From IMG/VR virus record IMGVR_UViG_3300029286_000012: a DNA stretch of 64,000 bases; one strand, 5' to 3'. A program made the position numbers and the translations under genes. A model generated the notes under the pieces. That model searched no databases. It saw only the letters and a program-made list of their open reading frames with translations, and was not told the DNA's origin. This document shows positions 39,185-48,275 of this stretch, one piece after another. The DNA is from a virus. Numbering within the stretch: the stretch's first letter is position 1; every line of letters starts with the position of its first letter.

Positions 39185-39649
39185 ATGAATAAAACACTAA
39201 TTGCAAAACCAGTAGTAAAGAACCAATTTTGGATTGTGACGGACGGCAATGAAAAAGTAGGAAACGTACTAGCAGATGGCTCAGGCTTTGAACTCAAATT
39301 GAATGGTAACAAAACTCATTACAAAAATACTAAGGCTATAGAAAAAATAACAAACATTGAGTTTCAAACATTCAGTAAATTCAGTAGTATAAAAAAGGAA
39401 GTGGCTTTTAGTGAGTATCCTACTACTGCAAAGGTATGTAATTCGATACTAGATATTAAACGAAAATTACATTTATATACCAAAACACCAAAAAGCAAGT
39501 GTTATCATGCCGCAGGATGGTACACATTTAAACAAGGTAGTGAAGAAAAAGTGATTTTTTGTCCCAAATACATCTTTATTCAACGATATGAGTATCAGGG
39601 TCCGTTTAAAACAAAAGATGAAGCTGAATTATTGATAAATAATATATGA
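39185..39649 (+). CDS. Hypothetical protein
   Basis: AAGGA RBS; FCPKYIFIQRY..GPFKT. Confidence 0.6.
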   Translation: MNKTLIAKPVVKNQFWIVTDGNEKVGNVLADGSGFELKLNGNKTHYKNTKAIEKITNIEFQTFSKFSSIKKEVAFSEYPTTAKVCNSILDIKRKLHLYTKTPKSKCYHAAGWYTFKQGSEEKVIFCPKYIFIQRYEYQGPFKTKDEAELLINNI

Positions 39650-39840
39650 TTATTATAAAGCGTTTCATTGATAAGGTTTCATCTATAAAGGGCAACAACT
39701 TAGTTTTGCCTGTTGAAGAAGCTAAAATGTTACGTGATGAGATATCAAAGTTATTAGCAGATAATTATGAGCTACATAATAAAACTTCATCTGAGGATGA
39801 TACTGTTATTCAACTAGAAATTAACGGCGGTAAATGGTAA
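39646..39840 (+). CDS. Hypothetical protein
   Basis: TAAATA 4 nt before ATG. Confidence 0.55.
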   Translation: MIIIKRFIDKVSSIKGNNLVLPVEEAKMLRDEISKLLADNYELHNKTSSEDDTVIQLEINGGKW

Positions 39841-40134
39841 ATGAGTAGAACACAGCCCACTATCTTACTAGAGATAGTAGATAAAGTTACATATAAGTGC
39901 GACCAGATTGTAGAGGCTGCAGGCATATGGGCAGTTTTCTATGATGACCAACCTATCAATTTAAAAAGTCAGCATTATCAAGATCCTGATGCAACCCCTA
40001 AATATAAAAAAACTAGCTTCAGCAATCCTGGTCACGCTAGAAACTTGTGTCGTAAACTCAACGCACAATTTAAAACTGATAAATTTAGTGTTGTGTTTAT
40101 GAACAACGGCAATAAAGTTTATCCAGATGAGTGA
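39841..40134 (+). CDS. Hypothetical protein
   Basis: KYKKTSFSNPGHARNL. Confidence 0.6.
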   Translation: MSRTQPTILLEIVDKVTYKCDQIVEAAGIWAVFYDDQPINLKSQHYQDPDATPKYKKTSFSNPGHARNLCRKLNAQFKTDKFSVVFMNNGNKVYPDE

Positions 40135-40531
40135 ACGTAAGTCACATAAACTAATTATAACCGAAGCCGTATTGGCCGAACTACCTAACAATCAGCAGGT
40201 TGATTCCACTGCGGATGGATTAATGATGCGTATATGGATGAGTGGTAGACAAGACGGCTTACGTTTAACAGAGTATGGAGACTTTATTTTTAGAATGGCA
40301 GAAATAGAGTACTATCAATCTAATTTTAAACTCAGAGAGGGAACCAGTGAACACGCCTATGTTATGGAAATCAATAAAAAAATCAAATGCCCCTTCTACT
40401 TGGGTGTAAATAAGATTGAAGGCAAGAAAAAACAACCATACATAAGATTATATGATAGCAAGATTGCTATGATGATTGAGTTATATGGTGATATAGTAAG
40501 TTACTTAGATTCAGTAAAGGTAAGAAAATGA
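40127..40531 (+). CDS. Hypothetical protein
   Basis: GLRLTEYG...CPFYL. Confidence 0.6.
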   Translation: MSERKSHKLIITEAVLAELPNNQQVDSTADGLMMRIWMSGRQDGLRLTEYGDFIFRMAEIEYYQSNFKLREGTSEHAYVMEINKKIKCPFYLGVNKIEGKKKQPYIRLYDSKIAMMIELYGDIVSYLDSVKVRK

Positions 40532-40692
40532 CAGAAAAGAAAAATCCAAATCCATTTATTAATTTAGCCAACGAAGCTAAAAAGAAAAATACTCCCGCAA
40601 TTACAGGTAAAAAAGTTGAACAAAAAGCTCCTAAGCCTAGTAAAGGATTCGGTGGTGCTAGTGTAGTTAGACGTACCGGCAGGGGTGGTTAA
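40528..40692 (+). CDS. Small basic protein (54 aa)
   Basis: ATGA-coupled; MTEKKNPNPF...RRTGRGG. Confidence 0.5.
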   Translation: MTEKKNPNPFINLANEAKKKNTPAITGKKVEQKAPKPSKGFGGASVVRRTGRGG

Positions 40693-41180
40693 TACCAAAT
40701 ACCCTCATTACGCATACGTTTAATGAGAGTTAAGAATCCGCTACATATACCGTAACTTTTTACTTTAACCATAGTATACAGGCTACGGTCATTTATTTCT
40801 GGTAAAAACATAACACTATTAATATTGATAGGTACTGTGCCCGGAGTAATCAATTTACCATTGCTAGCAGTAGCATACGGTGGGGGCGGAGTACTTGCCG
40901 CAAAAGTAAAATAATTTGGATACAATGTACTTGATTGGGTAGCTATCCAAGTTTGCATATCAGTATTTACAGCGTTAATCCAAAAGCGCGGACCTTGAAT
41001 GTATTTTTCGGTTACTTCAATAACTGGTTGCCCGTTACCAACATATAGTTTATTGTTAATACGCCAAACATATATTAAACAACTAAATCCTTTGCCGAGT
41101 GCTTTGTTTATTTGTTTTGGAGTATTGGCATCTTCATAGTTTTGCCCGTCGTAAATTCCCTGATAAGATATATATAACAT
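40689..41180 (-). CDS. Glycerophosphodiester phosphodiesterase-like protein with degenerate active site
   Basis: ISYQG..G....ANT...I..AL..GF pattern parallels the GDPD ISHRG...ENT motif, but H/R/E are replaced. Confidence 0.45.
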   Translation of the reverse strand: MLYISYQGIYDGQNYEDANTPKQINKALGKGFSCLIYVWRINNKLYVGNGQPVIEVTEKYIQGPRFWINAVNTDMQTWIATQSSTLYPNYFTFAASTPPPPYATASNGKLITPGTVPININSVMFLPEINDRSLYTMVKVKSYGICSGFLTLIKRMRNEGIWY

Positions 41181-41271
41181 AATATGTATTTATGTCAACG
41201 GAATCAATAGCTGCCGCGTTATATATATGTAGACATATAAATCTACTTCATTAACATAAAGGAAACATAAA

Positions 41272-41532
41272 ATGAAAACATTAGCAATCGCAATCATCGC
41301 CTCTTTCAGTATCGGTTCTGCCTTCGCACAAGCTGCCAAACAACCCGAAGGTATTGCCAAAACGGCGCCAGCTGTTACAGCACCCGCTAAAGTAGAAGCA
41401 CCAAAAGAAGAAATGAAACTAGCTAAGAAAAAGGATGCTCCCAAAGCAGATACTAAAAGTGCACCTGCCAAGACAGAAAAGACTACAGCAACAACTGCTC
41501 CTAAGGCAGACACCAAGCCAGCTGGCAAGTGA
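41272..41532 (+). CDS. Secreted Ala/Lys/Pro-rich small protein
   Basis: Sec signal MKTLAIAIIASFSIGSAFA; APKADTK repeated twice. Confidence 0.7.
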   Translation: MKTLAIAIIASFSIGSAFAQAAKQPEGIAKTAPAVTAPAKVEAPKEEMKLAKKKDAPKADTKSAPAKTEKTTATTAPKADTKPAGK

Positions 41533-41712
41533 ACTAAATGATGACGATAACTATGATATAGTTGATTTAGACTTTCATCGTAGTTATAGTCGTCCTAGAC
41601 TAGTCACAAATAATCTTTGGGATGATGATACAGAATTACCCGAACGTATATTGAAAAAACTTGAATCTGCAAGAATTAAAGCCCTACAGGAATATGGTAA
41701 TAAATATACGTT

Positions 41713-42420
41713 ATGATTTTACCCAATTTATATCTCAGAGGCTTTTCAAATAAACATAGAGAATATTCCGGGTTAGATACATTAGAGGAATGTTGGGATA
41801 AAGAGCATTTTTTAAAGTATCCACATAAAGTAGAGTATCAGTATAATTCTAGAGGTTTTAGAGGGCCTGAATGGCCCTCTAACTTAACTGACATATGTTG
41901 GTGTGTAGGTGATAGTTTTACAGCCGGATTGGGTGTTCCGTATCATCATACTTGGCATCAAGTATTATCTAACAAGTTAAAAATCAACACGATAAACGTA
42001 AGCATGGATGGTGCTAGTAATTCTTGGATTACACGTAAAATTATTGATTTGTTAAGTATTAAACCAAAAAACATAATTATCCAATGGTCGTATATTCATC
42101 GTAGAGAATCTACCGACATTAAATTAACAGATGAAAATCGTAGAATTTATGCTATTAATACTACCAGTGAACAGGATACGCAACATATAATTGATTGTAT
42201 AAATTCAGTTGAGTCTATAAAAGAAAACACAAATATTATTCACACATTCATTCCCGGATGCTTCCCAAATGGAGATATTGATGAAGCAATTATCAAAATG
42301 AATATAAATATAGTTTTATTTCATCAAATTGACCGTGCTAGAGATGGGCACCACTATGATATTAAAACATCAGACTTGCTGACCAATAACATTGTCAACT
42401 CGGGTCTGTTAAGTATATAA
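41713..42420 (+). CDS. SGNH-hydrolase-like protein
   Basis: YNSRGFRG, VGDSFTAGLG, GASN, QWSY..RRE, ARDGHHY. Confidence 0.6.
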   Translation: MILPNLYLRGFSNKHREYSGLDTLEECWDKEHFLKYPHKVEYQYNSRGFRGPEWPSNLTDICWCVGDSFTAGLGVPYHHTWHQVLSNKLKINTINVSMDGASNSWITRKIIDLLSIKPKNIIIQWSYIHRRESTDIKLTDENRRIYAINTTSEQDTQHIIDCINSVESIKENTNIIHTFIPGCFPNGDIDEAIIKMNINIVLFHQIDRARDGHHYDIKTSDLLTNNIVNSGLLSI

Positions 42421-42511
42421 TTATATTGCGGATAAACAACGCATAAATATATATGAAGTTAGAGTTCTTCATAAAAACTCAACACTTAAACACACACATA
42501 GGAGATATAAA

Positions 42512-42781
42512 ATGTTTAACACAGCAACTTACGCCTTTATTGACGGCGTTTCAGACTTTAAAAAGAAATTCGTAGAACAAACAGTTCAACACGAAGGCAT
42601 CAAAACAGCAATAAACACATTCATTGATGCACAATCAAAATACACTAAATCAGCCGCAGATGCAGGAATGCAATCTATGATGGCTTTGGGTATGATTTTC
42701 ACAAGCAAAGATTTCTATACAGAAATGGGTGACCAGTTCAAAGCAATGGTTCCTGCTTTTAATCAAAAGAAGGCTAAGTAA
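42512..42781 (+). CDS. Small helical protein, phasin-like
   Basis: Amphipathic helical pattern; strong AGGAG RBS; phasin assignment tentative. Confidence 0.4.
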   Translation: MFNTATYAFIDGVSDFKKKFVEQTVQHEGIKTAINTFIDAQSKYTKSAADAGMQSMMALGMIFTSKDFYTEMGDQFKAMVPAFNQKKAK

Positions 42782-42783
42782 TC

Positions 42784-43221
42784 ATGAAACTTTTAGGAAT
42801 GTTAATAGCGTTCCTAGGTTTCTCTACAGATACCTATGGATCACAGTTAGAAAAATATATCATCGGCCGAAATCCACAAGATATAGGCGACATTGAGCGA
42901 TTGACCTACGAGTTCCATCGCAAACAATCAGATTGGAGATTTCTATGAACACACTTAAACAACTATTCAATAGTCTCTTAGAGGCAATTCAGTCTATCAA
43001 AGACTACAAAGCGAGTAAACTAAAATGAGATTACTTAACGACCTAATTATGCTATTCAACTGGGCTAAGGATGGTTGGGAAGTACATCCAATCATTGACG
43101 ATGAATTTAGAGGTTGGATATGAATCAATGGCAACCTATGACTGATGAAGATTGGGAGTGGGTCAATCATGGTACATTACCAAAACCGGTTGACATTCCA
43201 GTCAAAACAAACTACAATTAA
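42784..43221 (+). other. Chain of four translationally coupled micro-ORFs (42784-42948, 42945-43028, 43025-43123, 43120-43221)
   Basis: 54, 27, 32 and 33 aa ORFs, joined to one another by ATGA overlaps. Confidence 0.6.
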
Positions 43222-43248
43222 TGTACATACACTTTTTAAGGAAATAAA

Positions 43249-43524
43249 ATGACAGACTACACACCAAAACTACCTGAAGTTAAATTTAACAAAAACGGCT
43301 ATGAACTACGCACAGATATTTTGGCTATGGCTAAAGATGCTGTTCAACACGAATATCAAATGAAGTTCCAAGGTTGGGAACTAAGTGCTAAACGTGATGA
43401 GAAGACAGGACAACTTGTTAGCACAGTTAACATGCCCGAGTTTCCCGGCCTCGACAAAATCCTTGAAGTTGCTGAGAAGATGTATGGCTTTGTAAATCAA
43501 GGTCAAACACAATCTAAGAAGTAA
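43249..43524 (+). CDS. Hypothetical protein
   Basis: TTGACA-N17-TACAAT promoter upstream, AAGGA RBS; NGYELRTDILAMAK. Confidence 0.65.
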   Translation: MTDYTPKLPEVKFNKNGYELRTDILAMAKDAVQHEYQMKFQGWELSAKRDEKTGQLVSTVNMPEFPGLDKILEVAEKMYGFVNQGQTQSKK

Positions 43525-43531
43525 TTCTTAA

Positions 43532-43560
43532 CGAAGGGCTCTTTTTAGAGCCTTCCTTTA
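43532..43560 (+). terminator. Putative intrinsic terminator
   Basis: GAAGGGCTCT-tttt-AGAGCCTTC hairpin after the stop. Confidence 0.5.
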
Positions 43561-43577
43561 CGGCTATAAATATCTAC

Positions 43578-44684
43578 ATGAATGTATTAATACTAACCCC
43601 CGATCGTGTAGGTAGCACCCTACTACAACGCCTCATAACTGTTTACATGAATGCACATGAATATGACAAACCAGTTATTAATTTGCATGAACTTACTAAT
43701 GGTATAGAATCATATTACAGTGATGTTTATAATAGAGAGATATTAGGTAAACCTAGAAACGGTAAAGAATGGGGTTACTATCAATCACTGGAAGAAGTAG
43801 TAAACAACTTATCAAAAGTTGACCACTATAAAACAGCTAGGCTTGCATTATACCATTTAAATGTCAGAAATGATAGTACTGAGGATAGAACTCAATTTTA
43901 TAATTACCTTAATGATAATTTTTATATAATATCAGCACGTAGGAATAATTTATTTGAACATGCTATCAGTTGGGGAATAGTTACTGCAAGTAAGAAATTG
44001 AATGTGTATACTCATGCGGAAAAAATAGATACTTTTTATAACATATATAAAAATGGTATAACCATTAATGAGACAACATTAACCAATTATTTATACAGTT
44101 ACAAAGAATACTTTAAGTGGTCTGATACTCATTTTAGAGTGGCAAGTTATTTTGACTATGAGAAAGACTTAAAGGATATTGAAAAATACATATTAAATTT
44201 AGATATCTTCCCAAATAAAGAAAAGAAGTCATGGAATGATATATTCAACATTGAATGGCGTGATTGGAATAAGTGCCATAAATTAATTAGTGATGTTGGT
44301 TCAATGGATCCCAAATTACTAGAATATGATGTTACTTCTAGTGATAGTACCGCATTAGTGTTAGATAAGCTCAAAAGTAATTTAAGTTTAGTGGATCAAA
44401 ACTACCTAATGGAACATAGTCAAAAATATGTTTCTGCATATAAAGGTATAGAACAATTAGTTAAACAAGGTGCATTAGTAAGTGGCATACCTATTAAATT
44501 GCAAACTATGGCAGAAAAGAAAAAAGTAATTAAAAACTTTGATGAATGTGTTGATGTTTATAATAAATGGGTGGATCAAAATAATTTAGGTACAAAATAT
44601 ACCAATGATGAACTTAAACAAATTGCCAATGAAGAAGTAAAAAATTGGTACAATGAAGTTCCAAAAAACTTACTAATAGAATAA
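43578..44684 (+). CDS. Sulfotransferase-like (P-loop) protein
   Basis: TPDRVGSTLL (5'-PSB-like), NLHE, RRNNLFEHAISW (3'-PB-like); exact TATAAATA at 43565-43572. Confidence 0.55.
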   Translation: MNVLILTPDRVGSTLLQRLITVYMNAHEYDKPVINLHELTNGIESYYSDVYNREILGKPRNGKEWGYYQSLEEVVNNLSKVDHYKTARLALYHLNVRNDSTEDRTQFYNYLNDNFYIISARRNNLFEHAISWGIVTASKKLNVYTHAEKIDTFYNIYKNGITINETTLTNYLYSYKEYFKWSDTHFRVASYFDYEKDLKDIEKYILNLDIFPNKEKKSWNDIFNIEWRDWNKCHKLISDVGSMDPKLLEYDVTSSDSTALVLDKLKSNLSLVDQNYLMEHSQKYVSAYKGIEQLVKQGALVSGIPIKLQTMAEKKKVIKNFDECVDVYNKWVDQNNLGTKYTNDELKQIANEEVKNWYNEVPKNLLIE

Positions 44685-44742
44685 TTTATAGGTCACCTAT
44701 TCCTAAGATAATTACTAGTATATAAACTTTAAAGGAACCAAC

Positions 44743-44943
44743 ATGTCAGAAACAACAAGTGATTCGCTAACACTAACTATGAGCCAAGCAGATTTAACTG
44801 TAATGGCAAAGGCGATAGAAAAATCTGTAATTACTATGCAACTAGAATTTGCAGAATTAGAAAAAAAAGCTATTGTATTAAAACTAGATATTGACCGTCA
44901 AGTTGCAATGCTAGGTGTGATGAAATCTAGATTAGAAGCCTAA
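44743..44943 (+). CDS. Small coiled-coil protein
   Basis: AAGGA RBS. Confidence 0.5.
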   Translation: MSETTSDSLTLTMSQADLTVMAKAIEKSVITMQLEFAELEKKAIVLKLDIDRQVAMLGVMKSRLEA

Positions 44944-44951
44944 CATCATTC

Positions 44952-44972
44952 GCCCCAAATTCTGGGGCTTTT
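44952..44972 (+). terminator. Intrinsic terminator
   Basis: GCCCCA-aattc-TGGGGC followed by TTTT. Confidence 0.7.
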
Positions 44973-44982
44973 CCATATGTGT

Positions 44983-45357
44983 AAAATTTGACAATAAATG
45001 GATTTGGGTATATAATAGAATCTTAGACAGTCAACTAAAGGACATAAAATGAAAGTAGAAACAGCATTGAAACAGATCCAAAAAGAAGCACAATTCTTGG
45101 GTCTAGGTGTAATGGAAACACTACAGTTTATTGCACAAAATCCCTTAGCACAACCGGCTAAGACTTTGGAAGCTTTCAAGGTTCTGAACCCCAACTTTGT
45201 TTTCCCCAAGAAAACAGTCAAAAATCTAATGTCCGGCAAGGAAATTGAAATTGATGCCGATACCCCACACTGTTGTAATCCTGCAACAGAGACTTATTGG
45301 TCAATGTAAAAATTTGACAATAAATGGATTTGGGTATATAATAGAATCTTAGACAGT
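44983..45357 (+). repeat. 49-bp identical early-promoter cassette at 44983-45031 and 45309-45357
   Basis: AAAATTTGACAATAAATGGATTTGGGTATATAATAGAATCTTAGACAGT; TTGACA-N17-TATAAT. Confidence 0.92.
45049..45309 (+). CDS. Early hypothetical protein
   Basis: Lies between promoter repeats; C-terminal TPHCCNPATETYWSM. Confidence 0.65.
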   Translation: MKVETALKQIQKEAQFLGLGVMETLQFIAQNPLAQPAKTLEAFKVLNPNFVFPKKTVKNLMSGKEIEIDADTPHCCNPATETYWSM

Positions 45358-45374
45358 TAAATAAAGGAAACAAA

Positions 45375-45641
45375 ATGTCAGCACTTACACAGTATTTGGA
45401 TCGTAAAAACTCTTTTGCTAAAATCTTTGGTAACAAAGAACTTAGCCTGCAAATTGCAAGTGACCGTCAGAAAATTGCCGATTCAATCGACAGTGATTTG
45501 AGTCCAGAGAATTTGACTTGCGATGGTGAGCTGCCCCGTAGTCAGGTTCATGCTCGGTACAAGGCATTGACTAAGGCAGCTTTTGAGTTGAAACAGTTGG
45601 ATCCATCAGTTAAGTTTTACGAGTACGGTACAGAAGTTTAA
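45375..45641 (+). CDS. Early hypothetical protein
   Basis: LSPENLTCDGE motif. Confidence 0.65.
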   Translation: MSALTQYLDRKNSFAKIFGNKELSLQIASDRQKIADSIDSDLSPENLTCDGELPRSQVHARYKALTKAAFELKQLDPSVKFYEYGTEV

Positions 45642-45651
45642 GGAGATTAAT

Positions 45652-46392
45652 ATGTCAGGTTTTGTTGATGTATCAAAAATGTCAAATCGTCAGGTCCAAC
45701 GTATGGGTCACGAGGATGATACCACTACATATCGTGCAAGGACTAACACTAAAAAGGTTGTGTTGAATCTTAATGCCGATGATGTGTGGGCCGCGGCTTG
45801 TCAGGCACAACGCACGAATGGTGCGTATGTTAAACTGAGTGTATTGACCGAGTCCGACAAAAGTCAAAACAAACTGTCCAATCGTCAGATTATTGAAAGT
45901 TTATTGGTTGATGCTACATCGATTACCGACGAGTCTAGGGAAGAAGGTAAAAAGGTTCGTGCTTTCTATCAAGCATTTACTTTCAAAATCCTACAAGGTA
46001 AATTACTAAGTGAGTTTGATAACAATGCTATGTTGATTGCCAATCGGGAAGTTATTACTGGTACATATGATTTGGCAGTGATTGCAAGTTTGCCAAGTTG
46101 CTATGAGCGTGGAGTAAAACGTCAATCAGTTGACCAGCGTGTTAACTTTTCTACTGGTGGTTTGATTGGTGCTGTTGGCAACAAAGTTTCAACAAGTATT
46201 GAAGTATTAAGATCGGTATTCTCACATACTTACAATGTGAATTTTATTACTGGTATCAATAGTGATGACCAAGTTGTTTTCTTTGCTTACAAAAAAGAAT
46301 TGGATGTAGGCAAGATGTATGACATTTATGGTACTGTTAAAGGTCATAGAGATAACACTACCCAACTTAATCGTGTAAAGGTTATTGTATGA
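45652..46392 (+). CDS. Hypothetical protein with C-terminal OB-fold-like segment
   Basis: GTVKGH..TTQLNRVK. Confidence 0.55.
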   Translation: MSGFVDVSKMSNRQVQRMGHEDDTTTYRARTNTKKVVLNLNADDVWAAACQAQRTNGAYVKLSVLTESDKSQNKLSNRQIIESLLVDATSITDESREEGKKVRAFYQAFTFKILQGKLLSEFDNNAMLIANREVITGTYDLAVIASLPSCYERGVKRQSVDQRVNFSTGGLIGAVGNKVSTSIEVLRSVFSHTYNVNFITGINSDDQVVFFAYKKELDVGKMYDIYGTVKGHRDNTTQLNRVKVIV

Positions 46393-46607
46393 ACGTTCTG
46401 ATTAAAGAATTTGCCGAACAGGCTTCACATCAAAGTCCTGACGGGTATCCCGTGACTATTCCATATAGTAAAGATTTTGCAAAGAAGTTTGCGGAGTTGC
46501 TTATTAAAGAATGCAATCGTTATGCTTGTAGTGTATGGGAGCATGGTCCGTTGTTAGGTAGAGATTTGTTAATACATTTTGGTATTGAGGAGATGAGTAA
46601 TGACTAA
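46389..46607 (+). CDS. Hypothetical protein (KFAELLI family)
   Basis: KKFAELLIKEC. Confidence 0.5.
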   Translation: MNVLIKEFAEQASHQSPDGYPVTIPYSKDFAKKFAELLIKECNRYACSVWEHGPLLGRDLLIHFGIEEMSND

Positions 46608-46728
46608 TTTACTAGTAGGTTTTATTCTTGGTATTGTTGTTTCCACAGTAGGTTTTAGCGGTATCGCTAAGATGGCTGACAAAGGTGTAGACAAGGTTAA
46701 AGAAGTAACACAGGAACAGGTGAAATAA

Positions 46729-47157
46729 ATGGGATTAGATCAATATATGTATGTGGCATCAAGGGCAGGGCAATATAGTGAGTTCTACGATACCGCTGAG
46801 TTTGATGCAACAACCAGTGAGTTTGTGAGTAAGACAGTTACCAAGCCATTTGAAATAGGATACCGAAGAAAACACCCGAATTTGCATGGTTGGATGGAAC
46901 AACTTTGGCGAAGCAAGGGTATGCCGGGTACAGGCAATAGTGATGCTACATTCAATGGCATTGAGTTAGAACTAACTTGGGATGATTTGGATGAACTTGA
47001 ACGTGCTATTCGTCATAATCAACTTCCAGATACACAAGGTTTCTTCTTTGGCAATCCCGCTGACGGTCATTACTATGAACAAGACCTTGAGTTTGTGAAC
47101 AACGCTAAGGCAGAAGTGTTCTTAGGATTGAAAGTTTTTTATAACAGTAGTTGGTAA
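46729..47157 (+). CDS. Hypothetical phage protein
   Basis: MGLDQY...RKHPNLHGWM...GFFFG...YNSSW. Confidence 0.65.
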   Translation: MGLDQYMYVASRAGQYSEFYDTAEFDATTSEFVSKTVTKPFEIGYRRKHPNLHGWMEQLWRSKGMPGTGNSDATFNGIELELTWDDLDELERAIRHNQLPDTQGFFFGNPADGHYYEQDLEFVNNAKAEVFLGLKVFYNSSW

Positions 47158-47591
47158 TGAACAAATATTATTTTGCGTATGGTATGAATACAAACATTAC
47201 CGAGATGACCAATCGTTGTCCAAACGCGGTCAGTCTCGGCAAATGTGTGTTAGAGAACTTTGAGTTAAGGTTCCGCATCCATGCAGATATTGACTTAGTT
47301 CCCGGTAGTTGTATGGAAGGTGTGTTATGGGAAATCACACCTGAATGCGAACAAGCATTAGATAGATTAGAAGGATACCCATATTACTACAATAAAATTA
47401 ATGTAGTATTGGATGATAACACTGTTGCTATGGCTTATATTATGAACAAAAAAGGTAAACAAGAGCCGCCCGGTTTAAGTTATGAAAAATGTTTGATTGA
47501 AGGTTACACATCACATGGATTGAATGTAGATTGGTTGACAGAAACTATTGATATGCTTTTACAAGGAGAATATAATGAAAATACTATATAG
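47157..47591 (+). CDS. Gamma-glutamylcyclotransferase (AIG2-like) family protein
   Basis: YFAYGMN, GVLWEI, LDRLEGYP..Y. Confidence 0.85.
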   Translation: MNKYYFAYGMNTNITEMTNRCPNAVSLGKCVLENFELRFRIHADIDLVPGSCMEGVLWEITPECEQALDRLEGYPYYYNKINVVLDDNTVAMAYIMNKKGKQEPPGLSYEKCLIEGYTSHGLNVDWLTETIDMLLQGEYNENTI

Positions 47592-48060
47592 AATTAAACC
47601 TGCAGATAAAAAATCAGTTGAGGCATATTATGATGTTTATAGTAAGGATGAACAGGGTAATATCCGCAGTTGGAGTGTAACCGAACTGTATCGTTGGGGT
47701 CAAGGGTTTGTAGAAGATGAGTCCGAGTTGCCATATAGTGATGATCGGTATCATTGTGTTGATCCTACGATTGGTTGGGGTTGTGAACTTGAGGACCTTT
47801 GTGCGGTAGACTTTGAGTTTGACGATAGTTTTACCGAAGAAGAAAAAGAAGAAATTGAACAACTTTGGGAAGACGGTGGTGCAGGTTGGCTATATGACGG
47901 TGACCATAATTGGGAAGTAGAAGAAGATACTATTACTATTTTGGGTCCGTTTGTAGTTGACAAAATTGATGAGGACGTGTATAATGAGAGTATTGAAACA
48001 TTAGAACTTAAACCCAGACCACCTTTTGTAGCAACAACAGCGTGGCCATTCTCAGGATAA
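47575..48060 (+). CDS. Acidic hypothetical protein
   Basis: AGGAG RBS, ATG at 47575. Confidence 0.6.
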   Translation: MKILYRIKPADKKSVEAYYDVYSKDEQGNIRSWSVTELYRWGQGFVEDESELPYSDDRYHCVDPTIGWGCELEDLCAVDFEFDDSFTEEEKEEIEQLWEDGGAGWLYDGDHNWEVEEDTITILGPFVVDKIDEDVYNESIETLELKPRPPFVATTAWPFSG

Positions 48061-48063
48061 TAT

Positions 48064-48264
48064 ATGACAAATTTAGAAGTAAGAGAGAAACTCTTGCAGG
48101 CACAAGACTTACTGGCCGATGTTTATCATTGGGCCCGGCAACCACATACCAAGTTTACTGGTATGGATATGAATAGGCAGATAGCTAGGTACACAAGCAA
48201 TGCCGATTCTTCCATTAATGATTCCCTTAAGGAATTAGAACATCCCAATGGATGCATGCCTTAA
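48064..48264 (+). CDS. Hypothetical protein
   Basis: ORF in operon. Confidence 0.5.
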   Translation: MTNLEVREKLLQAQDLLADVYHWARQPHTKFTGMDMNRQIARYTSNADSSINDSLKELEHPNGCMP

Positions 48265-48275
48265 GGAGTTGAAAA

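Noticed and set aside
41435-41716. ORF overlapping the secreted protein gene
   Set aside because: The 3' half looks protein-like, but I found no convincing in-frame start after 41532; left uncalled
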